The position numbers and the translations under genes were made by a program. This document shows positions 49,896 through 60,322 of a DNA stretch of 64,000 bases, one piece after another (the stretch's first letter is position 1; every line of letters starts with the position of its first letter). This DNA is from Candidatus Omnitrophota bacterium (GTDB lineage: Bacteria; Omnitrophota; Gorgyraeia; Zapsychrales; JANLHA01): contig JAKQKX010000063.1 in NCBI GenBank assembly GCA_029560465.1, positions 67,796 through 131,795 of the forward strand, written 5' to 3'. Below the pieces are notes generated by a model. The model saw only the letters and a program-made list of their open reading frames with translations, had not been told where the DNA came from and did no database searches.

Positions 49896-51311
49896 ATGAA
49901 ATTTTTCCGGGATATTTCAATCAAATACATGATCGCCATCATTATTACGCTCACGTGTGAATCCGTGTTATTTATCGCCTGTTTGGCATATGTTATAAAT
50001 GATGTTAAAAGTTTCCGTCAGGAAATACCCAAAAATATCGGGACATTGGCGCAAGTGTTGGGCCAAAACAGTGTTTCAGCCATCATGTTTAAAGACGCGG
50101 ATAGCGCTAAAGATGTTCTGAACGCCCTGAGCACCAATTCCCACATAATTTCGGCAGCCATATATGTTGGGGATGGAAATCTCTTCGCGACCTACGTTAG
50201 AGATAATGCCCGTGTTGTTTTTCCAGAAAACATTTTAGAGAATGATTATGTTTTTGCCGAAAACACCTTGAATTTTTTCCAGGAAATTGTTTCCGATGAT
50301 GAAAAGGTGGGCACAATTTTTATCCAAACCGACCTTTTGGAAATGAGCACGCGCCTAAAAAAATTTATTGTTATTTCATTGTTAATTATGTTTTTGTTAT
50401 TACTGTTGTCTTTGGCCATGGGAATTTATATGGGGGGGAAGATTTTATATGTCATTGAGCACCTCATTCAGCTGTTTACAAGAATCGGTGAAGGCAATTT
50501 AACGCAACGCGTATCTTTTGAGTCGCGCAACGAAATCGGTAAATTAGCCCAATTTTTTAATACTTTTATCGGTAATATTGAAACAATGGTGAGTCAGGTC
50601 AAACAATGCGCGGAGAAGGTATCAACGGCGGCAAAGGCTTTTAAAGGAAACTCCAAAGGCATTTTAGAGGGTACCGAACAGCAATCCGCGGGGTTTGAAG
50701 AATTGTCGGCTTCCGTGCAGGATACGGCGGCAGATGCTAACAGGGTTAATGAAATTACGCAAGAAACGGCAAGGAGTGCTGAAGTCATGAAGGGAAGCAT
50801 GTCCGTTACCATTGAAGCCATGGATAGTATCGAGAAAAGTTCAACCCAGATTAAAGAGGCGGTTTTTATCATAACCAATATAGCGGATCAGATAAACCTG
50901 TTGGCTCTTAATGCGGCTATTGAAGCGGCACGAGCCGGTGAGCATGGCAGAGGCTTTGCCGTTGTCGCTGACGAAGTTCGGAAACTTGCCGAGCAAAGCT
51001 CATCTTCCGCCAATGATATTGATAAGATGGTGAATGGCAGCTCGCAACAAGTAGCCCATGGTGTTCAATTGGCCCAGAAATTGGGAGAAGAGCTTAATAA
51101 AATAGTAGCCAATATGAATCAAGTTGCCAATCATGTCGCCGGCATTTCTACAAAAGTTCAATCCCAGGCAGCGACGATGGAACAAAACACTTCTATAACG
51201 GACGCTAACGCTACCAACGCGAAAGAATTGCAAGAAGTTGCTGTGAAAGTGTTTGAATATGCCGATACTTTGCATACCTTAATTGCAAAATTTATCGTTG
51301 GGAATCATTAA
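49896..51311 (+). CDS. Methyl-accepting chemotaxis protein with CHASE8 sensor and HAMP domains
   Basis: TM-CHASE8 ([25 protein letters not shown])-TM-HAMP ([11 protein letters not shown])-MA domain ([33 protein letters not shown]). Confidence 0.9.
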   Translation: MKFFRDISIKYMIAIIITLTCESVLFIACLAYVINDVKSFRQEIPKNIGTLAQVLGQNSVSAIMFKDADSAKDVLNALSTNSHIISAAIYVGDGNLFATYVRDNARVVFPENILENDYVFAENTLNFFQEIVSDDEKVGTIFIQTDLLEMSTRLKKFIVISLLIMFLLLLLSLAMGIYMGGKILYVIEHLIQLFTRIGEGNLTQRVSFESRNEIGKLAQFFNTFIGNIETMVSQVKQCAEKVSTAAKAFKGNSKGILEGTEQQSAGFEELSASVQDTAADANRVNEITQETARSAEVMKGSMSVTIEAMDSIEKSSTQIKEAVFIITNIADQINLLALNAAIEAARAGEHGRGFAVVADEVRKLAEQSSSSANDIDKMVNGSSQQVAHGVQLAQKLGEELNKIVANMNQVANHVAGISTKVQSQAATMEQNTSITDANATNAKELQEVAVKVFEYADTLHTLIAKFIVGNH

Positions 51312-51368
51312 TGTCCCCGGTTATTGAACTTGGGGTGTCATGCCTAAATTTTAAAATAGGGCGGACCG

Positions 51369-52199
51369 GTGGATAAGAAAAAAATCCTTATTATTGATGA
51401 TGAACAAACCCAGAGGGTCCTGTTATCCAGGATATTTGAAGGGGCCGGCCATGCCGTGATGCAGGCGGAAGACGGGCAAAAAGGTCTTCAGATGACCCGG
51501 GATATTAAGCCTGATCTTATTGTCACCGATGTCCTTATGCCCAAGATGGACGGCTTTACCTTTTTCAAGGAGCTCAAAACCAGCGACCTCACAGCCCATA
51601 TTCCTGTCCTGATTATAACGGGAAGGGCGAAAATGGAGGAGACGTTTAAAGTCATGGGGGCCGATGACTTTATCCTTAAACCCGTCCAGGCCGAAGACTT
51701 GGTGGCAAAGGTGGATCGGTTGCTGGGCTGCTCCAAGACGGCAGATGCGCCCCCGCGGGGCCGCAAAAGAGTCTTGGTTGCGGGAGAGGACGGTGAAACG
51801 GCCCGGAACATCGCGTTGCTTTTGGATCGGGAAGGTTGTCACACGGATATGGTCACCTTGGACGCCCAGGTTATCTCACGGGCGCTTATGTTCCTTCCGG
51901 ATATCATTGTGATTGATATTTTGATGGAAGGGTTGCCGTCTTACACCATTATTAAGGTTTTGCGCCAGATGTCCGAATTTGAAAATATCCCCATGATCGG
52001 GTACTGTTTTTACAGATTACCCGGCCTTCAAAGCGAAGGGGGGCAACAAAAGGCCCTGAATGAGGATGCCGCGGCAGAGGCGTGCCGGAAAGCGGGGCTC
52101 ACTGACTATTTGGGGCGGTGGCATGAAAGCACTTTTATCAAGAGTATCGTTCAATATTTAGAAGGGCCTCCTGGTGACGAAACTGACGTTGATTTTTAA
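51369..52199 (+). CDS. Response regulator with two tandem receiver domains and no output domain
   Basis: ILIIDD..VTDVLMPKMDG..TG..KP; second, degenerate REC (VIDILME). Confidence 0.85.
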   Translation: MDKKKILIIDDEQTQRVLLSRIFEGAGHAVMQAEDGQKGLQMTRDIKPDLIVTDVLMPKMDGFTFFKELKTSDLTAHIPVLIITGRAKMEETFKVMGADDFILKPVQAEDLVAKVDRLLGCSKTADAPPRGRKRVLVAGEDGETARNIALLLDREGCHTDMVTLDAQVISRALMFLPDIIVIDILMEGLPSYTIIKVLRQMSEFENIPMIGYCFYRLPGLQSEGGQQKALNEDAAAEACRKAGLTDYLGRWHESTFIKSIVQYLEGPPGDETDVDF

Positions 52200-52458
52200 A
52201 ATAGAAGACGAGCAGGAGCGCAGAAAAGCCTTGCTGGAATACGCCAAGACGTTAAAAGTTAATTTTCTTCACGCGCAAAGAACAGGGGGCGAATACAGCG
52301 AGAATGAACTGGCTGTCTTTATATACAATGCTGAACGGGCTTTGAAAAAATTTTCGGCTTTTGAGGTCAATTTTTTTGTGGCCGCCTTTGCTGTGTTGGT
52401 GTCCCTGGTGGCAATGATATTTTTTCTTGTTGGCCTTTTCATGCCTAAGGTGCCGTAA
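52174..52458 (+). CDS. Hypothetical protein with a C-terminal TM helix
   Basis: 94-aa ORF overlapping the regulator stop, hydrophobic C-terminus. Confidence 0.55.
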   Translation: MTKLTLIFKIEDEQERRKALLEYAKTLKVNFLHAQRTGGEYSENELAVFIYNAERALKKFSAFEVNFFVAAFAVLVSLVAMIFFLVGLFMPKVP

Positions 52459-52591
52459 AAAATGATCTGTTTCCTCTCGCCTGCCCTTGGGTCGGAGGGT
52501 GCGTTTCTTTCCGTATTTCTTTCGTTGTTTTTCGGACGTGTTATGTTATAATATCCTCCAATCCTTAACTCTAAATATTATAAATATTTAT

Positions 52592-53692
52592 ATGTCTAAT
52601 AATACTATCATACAGCTTAAAATGCTCAGGGAAAAAGTCTGCCAGCTGACAGGTTTTCTGGACCTTTCCAAAAAACAGGAAGAAATAGTGGCGATTCAAC
52701 AAAAAATGTCTCAGCCGAATTTTTGGGATGATAATGAGGCCGCTAATAAAATTATGCAGAATCTGAAATTCCTGAAATCCTGCGTTGAACCTTTTGAGGA
52801 GATTACCGGTAAGTTGAATGATTTAGGAGAGTTGGCCGAGTTGTCGGAAGGGGAAGAGTCATCCCTACAGGAAATCGAACAAGACCTGGCGGGACTGCAG
52901 AAGGATATTGCGGATTTAGAAACCAAGTCCCTTCTGTCCGGTCCGTTCGACCGCAATAACGCGATCCTCAGTATTAACGCCGGGGCCGGCGGGACTGAGT
53001 CGTGTGACTGGTCCAATATGCTTTTGAGGATGTATATGCGCTGGGTTGAAAATATGAGGTACAAATTGTCCACCACGGACATCCTTCCGGGGGAAGAAGC
53101 CGGCATCAAGAATGTGACCCTGCGCATTGAGGGCCCGATGGCGTACGGGTACCTTAAAGGGGAAAAAGGGGTTCACCGGCTGGTCCGGATATCGCCGTTT
53201 GACGCCAATAAACGGCGGCACACGTCTTTTGCGTCTGTTGACGTGATCCCTGAAATCGAGGATGATATTGAGGTGGAGATCAACCTCGATGACCTGAGGA
53301 TTGATATTTTCCGTTCATCCGGGCCGGGCGGGCAGAGCGTTAACACGACCGACTCGGCGGTGCGGATCACCCATGCTCCTTCCGGAATCGTCGTCCAGTG
53401 CCAGAACGAGCGTTCTCAGTTGCAGAATAAGCAGATGGCGATGCGTATCCTCAAGGCCAGGCTGTATGAAAAAAAACAGAAAGAACAGGAAGATCGGATG
53501 GCCAAGGAATACGGCCAGAAACAAAAAATCGAATGGGGCAGCCAGATCCGTTCTTATGTCATGCATCCGTATAATATGGTGAAAGACCACCGGACCGACG
53601 CGGAAACCGGGAACGTGTCCCGGGTTATGGACGGCGACTTGAGTTTGTTTATTGACGCGTTCTTGCGCTGGAAGCCGGAAAGCGCGGTCTGA
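52592..53692 (+). CDS. prfB: Peptide chain release factor 2 (continuous frame, no frameshift)
   Basis: GAGGTES, GVHRLVRISPF (SPF), GPGGQSVN, WGSQIRSY. Confidence 0.96.
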   Translation: MSNNTIIQLKMLREKVCQLTGFLDLSKKQEEIVAIQQKMSQPNFWDDNEAANKIMQNLKFLKSCVEPFEEITGKLNDLGELAELSEGEESSLQEIEQDLAGLQKDIADLETKSLLSGPFDRNNAILSINAGAGGTESCDWSNMLLRMYMRWVENMRYKLSTTDILPGEEAGIKNVTLRIEGPMAYGYLKGEKGVHRLVRISPFDANKRRHTSFASVDVIPEIEDDIEVEINLDDLRIDIFRSSGPGGQSVNTTDSAVRITHAPSGIVVQCQNERSQLQNKQMAMRILKARLYEKKQKEQEDRMAKEYGQKQKIEWGSQIRSYVMHPYNMVKDHRTDAETGNVSRVMDGDLSLFIDAFLRWKPESAV

Positions 53693-53766
53693 AGGCGTGG
53701 GGGTACAGGGCCGTTTGATGAAGAATTTTTGATAAAACAAATAACGTTGAGGAGGCAGCGGTTCTC

Positions 53767-56751
53767 ATGTTCGGATTTTTTATAGGAAAATTTATCGTGC
53801 GGCGCGCGCAAGCGGCGATCAACGCGCTGGAACCGAAAGTTCATATTTATCTGCCGCCGGATCTTCCTTTGCCATCGATAGCCACCATCAAGAGGATGAG
53901 TAAGGCCGTTTCCAGGATCAACGCGCTGGAGCCGCAGTTTGAAAAATACACGGACGGGGAGCTGAAAGCCAAGACAGAGGAATTTCGTGCCCGGTACCGG
54001 CAGGCGACGGAGGCCCCCAAGAAAGATTTTCTTCAGATTGAACAAAGCCTCCGGGAAGCCGCGTCGAATGAAGAGCGGGACGACCTGAATATCCGGCTGG
54101 CCGCATTTAAGGAAGAATTGAAGAAGGCCCGGCAGGCGGCGTTGACGGATATTTTGCCGGAAGCGTTCGCGGCGGTCCGGGAGGCGGCCAAACGCACGCT
54201 GGGCATGCGGCATTACGATATCCAGCTTTTGGGTGGGATGGTTTTGCATGAAGGGCGGATCGCCGAAATGGCGACCGGAGAAGGGAAGACGCTGGTGGCC
54301 ACGCTGCCGGCGTATTTGAATGGCTTGACCGGGGAAGGGGTGCATGTGGTGACGGTCAATGATTATCTCGCCCGCCGCGACCGGGAATGGATGGGCCCGG
54401 TTTATGAATTCCTTGGCTTGAGCGTCGGTGTGATTCTGCATGAGCTTAACGCGAACGAGCGTCAGGACGCGTATGCCTGTGATATCACCTACGGGACGAA
54501 TAATGAGTTCGGGTTTGATTATTTGCGGGATAACATGGTGATTGCCAGGGAAGAAATGGTGCAGGCCCAGCATTATTTTGCCATTGTCGACGAAGTCGAC
54601 AGTATTCTTGTGGATGAGGCGCGCACGCCGCTGATCATTTCCGGGCCGGCCGAAGAATCAACGGATAAATATTACACGGCGAATACCATCGCGCAATCCT
54701 TGAAAGGGCGGCGAATCACGGAACAGGAAGAGATCGACGCCAAGTACCGGAACATCGACTTGTCGGCGGGATATGACTATGTCGCGGATGAAAAAAACCG
54801 GTCTATTTCCATGACAGAACAGGGGGAGGAAAAGGCGGCCAGGATGTTCGGCATTGACAACCTCCATGATATGGAAACAATCGAATACCGGCATCATATC
54901 CTGCAGAGCCTGAAGGCCAAAGAATTTTTTAAGCGCGACGTGGATTACGTCGTCCGCGATGGGGAAGTCCTGATCGTGGATGAGTTCACCGGGCGTCTCA
55001 TGCCGGGGCGGCGGTGGTCGGACGGCCTGCACCAGGCGGTTGAGGCCAAGGAAGGCATCAAGATCGAACGGGAAAATCAGACTTTGGCGACCATCACATT
55101 CCAAAATTATTTTCGCATGTATGAAAAACTTTCCGGAATGACCGGGACCGCTTACACCGAAGCCAACGAGTTCAGCCAGATTTATAAGCTGGATTGCGTG
55201 GTTATGCCGACGAACCGGCCGTTAAAGCGCGAGAACTATTCGGACTGCGTCTACAAGAGCGTCCGGGAGAAATTCGACGCCGTGGTGGAAGAAATTGCCG
55301 GCTGTTATCAAAAAGGCCAGCCGGTTCTTGTGGGTACGATTTCCATCGAGAAATCCGAATACCTGTCCGCTTTGCTGAAGCAGCGCGGCATTCCACACCA
55401 GGTGTTGAACGCGAAATACCATGAGTTGGAAGCGCAGATCGTTGCCCAGGCCGGCCGTTATCAGGCCGTGACGATCGCCACCAATATGGCTGGGCGGGGG
55501 ACGGATATTGTCTTGGGCGGCAACGCAGAATTCCTGGCGAGGAGCTTAGCTGAACAGGAAGTCCAAGAGGGCGAGGAGGAAAGCGAGAAAGAAATCCGTG
55601 TTAAAAAATTTTTGGCGCAGTTCCGGGAGCAGGTGAAAAATGAGCACCAGCGGGTGATTGATGTCGGGGGGCTGCATGTGATCGGAACTGAGCGGCACGA
55701 AGCCCGGCGTATCGATAACCAGTTGCGCGGCCGGTCCGGCCGTCAGGGCGACCCGGGGGCCTCGCGTTTTTTTGTTTCCCTGGAGGATGACCTCATGCGG
55801 CTTTTTGCTTCCGACCGGATCGTGTCCCTTATGGAGAAGCTGGGGATGGAGGAGGGGCAGGTCATTGAGCATCCCTGGGTGACGCGGGCGATTGAAGTGG
55901 CGCAAAAGCGGGTGGAAACTCAGAATTTTGAATTCCGCAAACAGCTTCTGGAATATGACAATGTGATGAACAAGCAACGGGAAGCTATCTACGGTTTGCG
56001 CCGGAGCATCCTGGAAAGCACCAATGTCAGAGACCGGGTGATGGAAGCGATAGAAGATGTCCTGTCTTCCCTCGTGGATCAATGTCTTTTTAACGGCCAG
56101 GATGAAGCGTCCTGGGACCTGGACGGCCTTCAGGTGTCCTTGCATTCAAAATTCCATTATGATTTGTCCCAGGTTCGGGGCCAGCTGGCGGACATGAAAC
56201 CCGAAGAGATCAAAGACCTGATTATCCGCGGCGTCAAAGAACTTTATCAGCAGAAGGAGCGCGAGATCGGGGTCGAAAATATGCGCGGTCTTGAGAAAGT
56301 GGTGCTCCTCAATACCCTGGACGCGAAATGGAAAGATCATTTGTACGCCATGGATCAGCTTAAAGGCGGCGTGGGCTTGCGTTCGTACGGGCAAAGGGAC
56401 CCGCTGATTGAATATAAGAGAGAAGGCTATGAAATGTTTCAGATGATGTTCGCTTCCATCAGCGATGAGGTGGCGGAGATTATTTTTAAAGTGCAGCCCC
56501 TGCCGGGGTCGGCGCGTATGCGTGGCGTGTTTGACTCCCTTCCGCAGAATTTTGTGCACGATGAGGTTTCGAGTTTTTCCGGGGATACCGCCCCGCAGCC
56601 CGGCGCCCAGGAACCGCCTCAACCGCAACGGCCGCAGAATCCGCCCCCGCCGGCTTCCCAGCCGTATCATAAAAGCGGGCCCAAGGTTGGGCGGAACGAC
56701 CCCTGCCCCTGCGGGAGCGGCAAGAAGTATAAGAAATGCTGCGGTTCATAG
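53767..56751 (+). CDS. secA: Protein translocase subunit SecA
   Basis: [35 protein letters not shown]-terminal [13 protein letters not shown]. Confidence 0.98.
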   Translation: MFGFFIGKFIVRRAQAAINALEPKVHIYLPPDLPLPSIATIKRMSKAVSRINALEPQFEKYTDGELKAKTEEFRARYRQATEAPKKDFLQIEQSLREAASNEERDDLNIRLAAFKEELKKARQAALTDILPEAFAAVREAAKRTLGMRHYDIQLLGGMVLHEGRIAEMATGEGKTLVATLPAYLNGLTGEGVHVVTVNDYLARRDREWMGPVYEFLGLSVGVILHELNANERQDAYACDITYGTNNEFGFDYLRDNMVIAREEMVQAQHYFAIVDEVDSILVDEARTPLIISGPAEESTDKYYTANTIAQSLKGRRITEQEEIDAKYRNIDLSAGYDYVADEKNRSISMTEQGEEKAARMFGIDNLHDMETIEYRHHILQSLKAKEFFKRDVDYVVRDGEVLIVDEFTGRLMPGRRWSDGLHQAVEAKEGIKIERENQTLATITFQNYFRMYEKLSGMTGTAYTEANEFSQIYKLDCVVMPTNRPLKRENYSDCVYKSVREKFDAVVEEIAGCYQKGQPVLVGTISIEKSEYLSALLKQRGIPHQVLNAKYHELEAQIVAQAGRYQAVTIATNMAGRGTDIVLGGNAEFLARSLAEQEVQEGEEESEKEIRVKKFLAQFREQVKNEHQRVIDVGGLHVIGTERHEARRIDNQLRGRSGRQGDPGASRFFVSLEDDLMRLFASDRIVSLMEKLGMEEGQVIEHPWVTRAIEVAQKRVETQNFEFRKQLLEYDNVMNKQREAIYGLRRSILESTNVRDRVMEAIEDVLSSLVDQCLFNGQDEASWDLDGLQVSLHSKFHYDLSQVRGQLADMKPEEIKDLIIRGVKELYQQKEREIGVENMRGLEKVVLLNTLDAKWKDHLYAMDQLKGGVGLRSYGQRDPLIEYKREGYEMFQMMFASISDEVAEIIFKVQPLPGSARMRGVFDSLPQNFVHDEVSSFSGDTAPQPGAQEPPQPQRPQNPPPPASQPYHKSGPKVGRNDPCPCGSGKKYKKCCGS

Positions 56752-56770
56752 CTGGCAAAAGGTGAATGAT

Positions 56771-58453
56771 ATGGGCCAGGAAGAACATACTTTAGAAAAA
56801 CTCCTGCAGCTGGCTGCGGAGAACAAAGAAACAAGTTTTTTTGAGTTCCTTTGCAGTTATTCCGCGATCCTCTGTTTTTTGTCCGCCATTTTGCTTATCT
56901 TATCTTATCCATGTTTTGATTTTTGGCCGCTTGTCTGGGTGGCCCTGATCCCCATGATGTGGGCTTTTGAAGATAAGCTCCCCGCAGAGGCTTTCCGGCT
57001 GGCTTATTACGCGGGGGTTGTTTTTTTCGCGGGGATGTTTTATTGGTTTATTTCCATGCACGTCACGGCGGGTATCCCGCTGTTCCTGGCGATATTGGCC
57101 GTGGGGGGGATGGTGGGGTATTTATCCCTTTATTTTGGGTTTTTTGGCTACGGCTACGCGCTTGTGCGTAAACGGATCCCGGTTTTCCGGTACATCTTTG
57201 TCCCTTCGCTCTGGGTGGGGCTTGAGTTTATCCGGGACAGGTTGTTCACCGGGTTTGGGTGGGCGAGCCTGGGCCATTCTCAATATAAATTTTTGCCGGT
57301 CATCCAGATCGCGGACATCACCGGCGTCTTCGGCGTGTCGTTTTTTATTGTTTTGATAAACCTTGTTTTGCTGGATACGCTCAAGAATTTTTTCGTTGAA
57401 GACAAGTCTTTTAAACACCGGGTTATGTGGGTCCCGCTTGTGAGTGCCGCGTTGATGTCCGCCCTTGTCCTTGGATACGGGGGCTGGCGTTGCCGCGCCG
57501 GAGCCTATGCCGGCGAGAAAACAGATATCACGGTAGCCGTCGTGCAGGGGAACATCCCTCAGCAGATGAAATGGATCCCGTTGAACTGGCCGGAAATCAT
57601 GGAGAGGTACTTATCTTTGTCCAAATCGGTGCTGAAGGCCAAGCCGGATTTGATCATATGGCCGGAAACATCTTTCCCGGGGTATTTGTGGGAGTCCATT
57701 CATATGTTCACTGATATGCAGGAGGCGGTGCGGTTTTGGATCCGTACGCCGATTTTGTTCGGCGCCGTGCATCAGGAGGGGGAGAGGTATTATAATTCCG
57801 CGTTTTTAATGACCGCGGAAGGGCAGGTGCGCAAGAAACATGATAAGCTGCACCTGGTCCCTTTTGGAGAATATGTCCCTTTCCGGGAACAGCTTCCCGC
57901 AGTGGCGGCGTTGATCCCGATCCTTGACTTTCAATGGGGCCAGGTTCCGACGCTTTTCCCTGTGACGCGCCGGGTCAAGGAGGCGGCCTCTGTTCCTGGG
58001 GCCGGGGGCAGGTCCGGGGAACGGTTTGAAACTGTGCCGGCATATTATTCGGTTCTGATTTGTTTTGAAGATACCGTGACATCGGTGGCCAGGGCGTTGG
58101 TTTTAAACGGCGCTAACCTTTTGGTGAACATCACTAATGACGCCTGGTTTCTGGCTGAAAAAGCTCCCTGGCTGCACCTTCAGGCCTCCGTCTTTCAGGC
58201 GGTCGCGCACCGCCGCTTTCTTGTCCGCGCGGCGAACACCGGCGTCACGTGTTTTATCTCGTCCACGGGAGAGGTGATCAAGTATGTTCAGGATCACAAG
58301 CACAAAAAAGTTTTTGTGGAAGGCGTTGCGACGGCCGGGGTACGCCTTCTTAACCACAGATCTTTCTATACCGTCCATGGAGATGTGTTCGCTTATCTTT
58401 GCCTGGTTTTAACAGCTTGGGGAATAATAATATTAAAAAGGAGTGTACGGTAA
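56771..58453 (+). CDS. lnt: Apolipoprotein N-acyltransferase
   Basis: TGFGW..LGHSQ, VQGNI, WPET, KLHLVPFGEY, ICFE, TNDAWF, RAANTG; start at ATG 56771. Confidence 0.93.
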   Translation: MGQEEHTLEKLLQLAAENKETSFFEFLCSYSAILCFLSAILLILSYPCFDFWPLVWVALIPMMWAFEDKLPAEAFRLAYYAGVVFFAGMFYWFISMHVTAGIPLFLAILAVGGMVGYLSLYFGFFGYGYALVRKRIPVFRYIFVPSLWVGLEFIRDRLFTGFGWASLGHSQYKFLPVIQIADITGVFGVSFFIVLINLVLLDTLKNFFVEDKSFKHRVMWVPLVSAALMSALVLGYGGWRCRAGAYAGEKTDITVAVVQGNIPQQMKWIPLNWPEIMERYLSLSKSVLKAKPDLIIWPETSFPGYLWESIHMFTDMQEAVRFWIRTPILFGAVHQEGERYYNSAFLMTAEGQVRKKHDKLHLVPFGEYVPFREQLPAVAALIPILDFQWGQVPTLFPVTRRVKEAASVPGAGGRSGERFETVPAYYSVLICFEDTVTSVARALVLNGANLLVNITNDAWFLAEKAPWLHLQASVFQAVAHRRFLVRAANTGVTCFISSTGEVIKYVQDHKHKKVFVEGVATAGVRLLNHRSFYTVHGDVFAYLCLVLTAWGIIILKRSVR

Positions 58454-58540
58454 TAGTTGTTCTTGTATAATAAAAAACAATAAGTTAAAGCCCGCTTAGA
58501 AAATCGGAATAATTTTATTTCATTTAAAAATCCTGCCGCG

Positions 58541-58927
58541 ATGAAACAGGGGCCAAAATTTTATTTCAGCATGGCTTGGGCCGAAATCATGGTGGCCGCG
58601 GCGGTCCTGGTTTCCGCCTTGCCGGTTTTGGGGGGCAAGAGGATCGCGCCGGCGGGCGCGTTGTCTGTCGATGAATGGTTCCTGTTGTCCTGCGCGATTT
58701 CGTCGGGGTTCCTTTTCTTCGTGGCTGTCCTCACTCTGGCAGGCAACACGATGTGGAAACTTTTGCATTTTGTTGTGGCGGGAATCACAGCGGTTATGAG
58801 CGTGGCGTTTTTGATGATGGTGTTTCGGACCCGGAGCCCGTTCCAGGGAGCCTATCTTGTTCCTCTGGCGGTCGCGGCGCTGATTGCCGGGAATTTGCTT
58901 AAGATGAAGAAGTGTGATTGTCCTTAG
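58541..58927 (+). CDS. Four-TM hypothetical membrane protein
   Basis: 128-aa hydrophobic ORF filling the gap on the operon strand. Confidence 0.55.
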   Translation: MKQGPKFYFSMAWAEIMVAAAVLVSALPVLGGKRIAPAGALSVDEWFLLSCAISSGFLFFVAVLTLAGNTMWKLLHFVVAGITAVMSVAFLMMVFRTRSPFQGAYLVPLAVAALIAGNLLKMKKCDCP

Positions 58928-58963
58928 AATTCAGTCAAGGCAATAGAAATCCAGGAGGGGCCC

Positions 58964-59701
58964 ATGACGAGGGATAAAAAATCCGTTGCTGTCATTATTT
59001 GTTTGTGTGTTGTCGTGTATGGGACGGGCCTGTTATCTTTACGGGCCAATCCGGATGTGTTCGGGAACGTCCCATTATCCCTGCACCGCCAGGTGTTGGT
59101 TTTATTGTTTCTCACGCTGTCGCTGTCTTCGCTGGTGATGCTGCTGTTTAAAGAATGGGGGAGGAAAATATTCCTGGGGGCTAACGCGCTTCTGTGCCTT
59201 TATCTGTCCTGGATCGGGATGAGGTTTGCTGCGCAGGATGTTTTGCCGTTTATTTTGCTTAATATCGTTGTGCTTTTGTTTTTCAGCCAGGGGAAGATTA
59301 AGCTGGCGTTCGCGCGGAAATGGGAATACGCCCGCAAGAGCGTTTTAATCGTCGATGACGATGAGGGTATCATTAAAACGGTTAAGGGGATCCTTCTTCC
59401 CAACGGATTCAGCGTCCTGACGGCGGTGTCCGGAGAGAAAGGGATACAGGTCGCTAAAAGGCAGAAACCGGATTTAATTATCCTGGATGTTATTCTGCCT
59501 GGCATTAAGGGCCGGGAGGTCTGCGCCACACTGAAACAGGCCGAAGAAACCAAGAACATCCCGGTGCTTTTTTTAACGGCCAAAGATTCTATGGATGATA
59601 TTCACGCGGAATTGGCTGCCGGAGCGACCTCTCATTTGACAAAACCTGTCCACGCCAAGACCCTTCTGGCGGAAGTGCGGCGTATTTTTGAACAGCATTA
59701 A
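58964..59701 (+). CDS. Membrane-anchored (about 4 TM) receiver-domain protein
   Basis: Hydrophobic N-terminal half; VLIVDDD, ILDVILP, LTA, TKP. Confidence 0.82.
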   Translation: MTRDKKSVAVIICLCVVVYGTGLLSLRANPDVFGNVPLSLHRQVLVLLFLTLSLSSLVMLLFKEWGRKIFLGANALLCLYLSWIGMRFAAQDVLPFILLNIVVLLFFSQGKIKLAFARKWEYARKSVLIVDDDEGIIKTVKGILLPNGFSVLTAVSGEKGIQVAKRQKPDLIILDVILPGIKGREVCATLKQAEETKNIPVLFLTAKDSMDDIHAELAAGATSHLTKPVHAKTLLAEVRRIFEQH

Positions 59702-59839
59702 TTTGATCACGGACATATCAGGGGGAGGGCGCCCAGGTTGCCCGCGGGAGCGCAGTGTCCTGCCGGGATGCGGGATTTTGTGGGCAAGAGCCTATAACCG
59801 ATAGGCGGTTAACGAGGCGACCCGTTTGAAGGAGGTCTT

Positions 59840-60322
59840 ATGGACATTATCAGCGTGCCAGTCCGGAAACCGGATGATGTGAATGTGGTCTTGGGGCAGA
59901 CTCATTTTATCAAGACCGTGGAAGATTTGTATGAGGCCATTGTGTCTTCCGCTCCCGGGTTGAAGTTTGGTGTCGCATTTTGCGAGGCGTCGGGCGCGTG
60001 CAAAGTGAGGGTGGAAGGCAATGATGAGGGGATGAAGGCCTTGGCCGCGGAGAACGCGCTCGGGATCGGGGCGGGGCACACGTTTATCATCTGCATGCAG
60101 AACGGGTTCCCGATCAATATTTTAAACGCCGTTAAAAGTGTTTGCGAGGTTTGTTCTGTCTTTGCCGCCACCGCGAATCCTCTGGAAGTGATTGTGGCGG
60201 ATAACGGGACCGGCCGGGGGGTCCTGGGCGTGATCGACGGGATGAAATCGGCCGGAGTCGAGGATGAGCAGGATATCGCCTGGAGGAAGGATTTTCTAAG
60301 AAAAATCGGGTATAAACGATAA
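59840..60322 (+). CDS. Adenosine-specific kinase family protein (DUF355)
   Basis: GQTHFIKTVED, FCEASG, GAGHTF, ATANP, GRGVLGVIDG, RKIGYK. Confidence 0.9.
   Translation: MDIISVPVRKPDDVNVVLGQTHFIKTVEDLYEAIVSSAPGLKFGVAFCEASGACKVRVEGNDEGMKALAAENALGIGAGHTFIICMQNGFPINILNAVKSVCEVCSVFAATANPLEVIVADNGTGRGVLGVIDGMKSAGVEDEQDIAWRKDFLRKIGYKR

Noticed and set aside
53554-54573. 339-aa antisense ORF over prfB/secA, and many similar shadow ORFs
   Set aside because: These are antisense shadows of conserved, GC3-rich genes with no recognisable motifs.
56465-56770. Apparent 100-aa N-terminal extension of Lnt in the ORF track
   Set aside because: It overlaps the secA 3' end in another frame; ATG 56771 is the plausible start.
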